Translations under genes and position numbers: made by a program | In this document: piece by piece, positions 25,372-25,394 of the stretch | Position numbering within the stretch: position 1 is the stretch's first letter | Layout: every line of letters begins with the position of its first letter | The notes under the pieces: generated by a model | Database searches by the model: none | What the model was told of the DNA's origin: nothing | Seen by the model: only the letters and a program-made list of their open reading frames with translations | Virus record (IMG/VR): IMGVR_UViG_3300004088_000013 | Span: 1-25,394 of that record | Length of the DNA: 25,394 nucleotides | Direction: 5' to 3' (one strand) | DNA from: a virus | Lineage: Duplodnaviria; Caudoviricetes

Positions 25372-25394
25372 GCCTCTGATGAATCTGGCGAATT

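Noticed and set aside
1-25394. CRISPR array, tRNA, rRNA, IS element, integrase, reverse transcriptase or DGR
   Set aside because: No spaced direct repeats, RNA gene signatures or corresponding protein motifs were seen by eye; dedicated scans were not run.

Overview
The window is the virion morphogenesis region of a tailed (siphovirus-type) phage or prophage, probably infecting an alphaproteobacterium (inferred from the gene families; not provable here). Nearly everything is on the minus strand. Reading right to left: small terminase, a 38-aa ORF, large terminase, a ParB-like/DGQHR gene plus a hypothetical gene, portal, scaffold, P22-gp5-like major capsid, two small head-region proteins, a ~5 kb accessory block (cadherin/SGNH-esterase/LamG protein, DUF1996-like protein, two tiny membrane peptides, a short chimeric ORF), head-tail adaptor, head closure, gpF-like head morphogenesis protein, neck and tail-terminator proteins, tail tube, tail chaperones joined by a -1 frameshift, tape measure, distal tail, hub, a small tail protein and a tail-tip protein running off the left edge. 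Two plus-strand genes interrupt the block (an HNH-like endonuclease and a small basic protein). The most unusual signal is that five unrelated structural proteins (portal, scaffold, capsid, the 177-aa post-capsid protein and tail tube) all begin with a similar 14-19 aa basic/hydrophobic leader ending in Gly-Tyr, conserved as protein rather than DNA. Second, one cadherin-like domain appears split between the N-termini of two genes 4.2 kb apart. Family names come from motif recognition by eye; no database searches were run.
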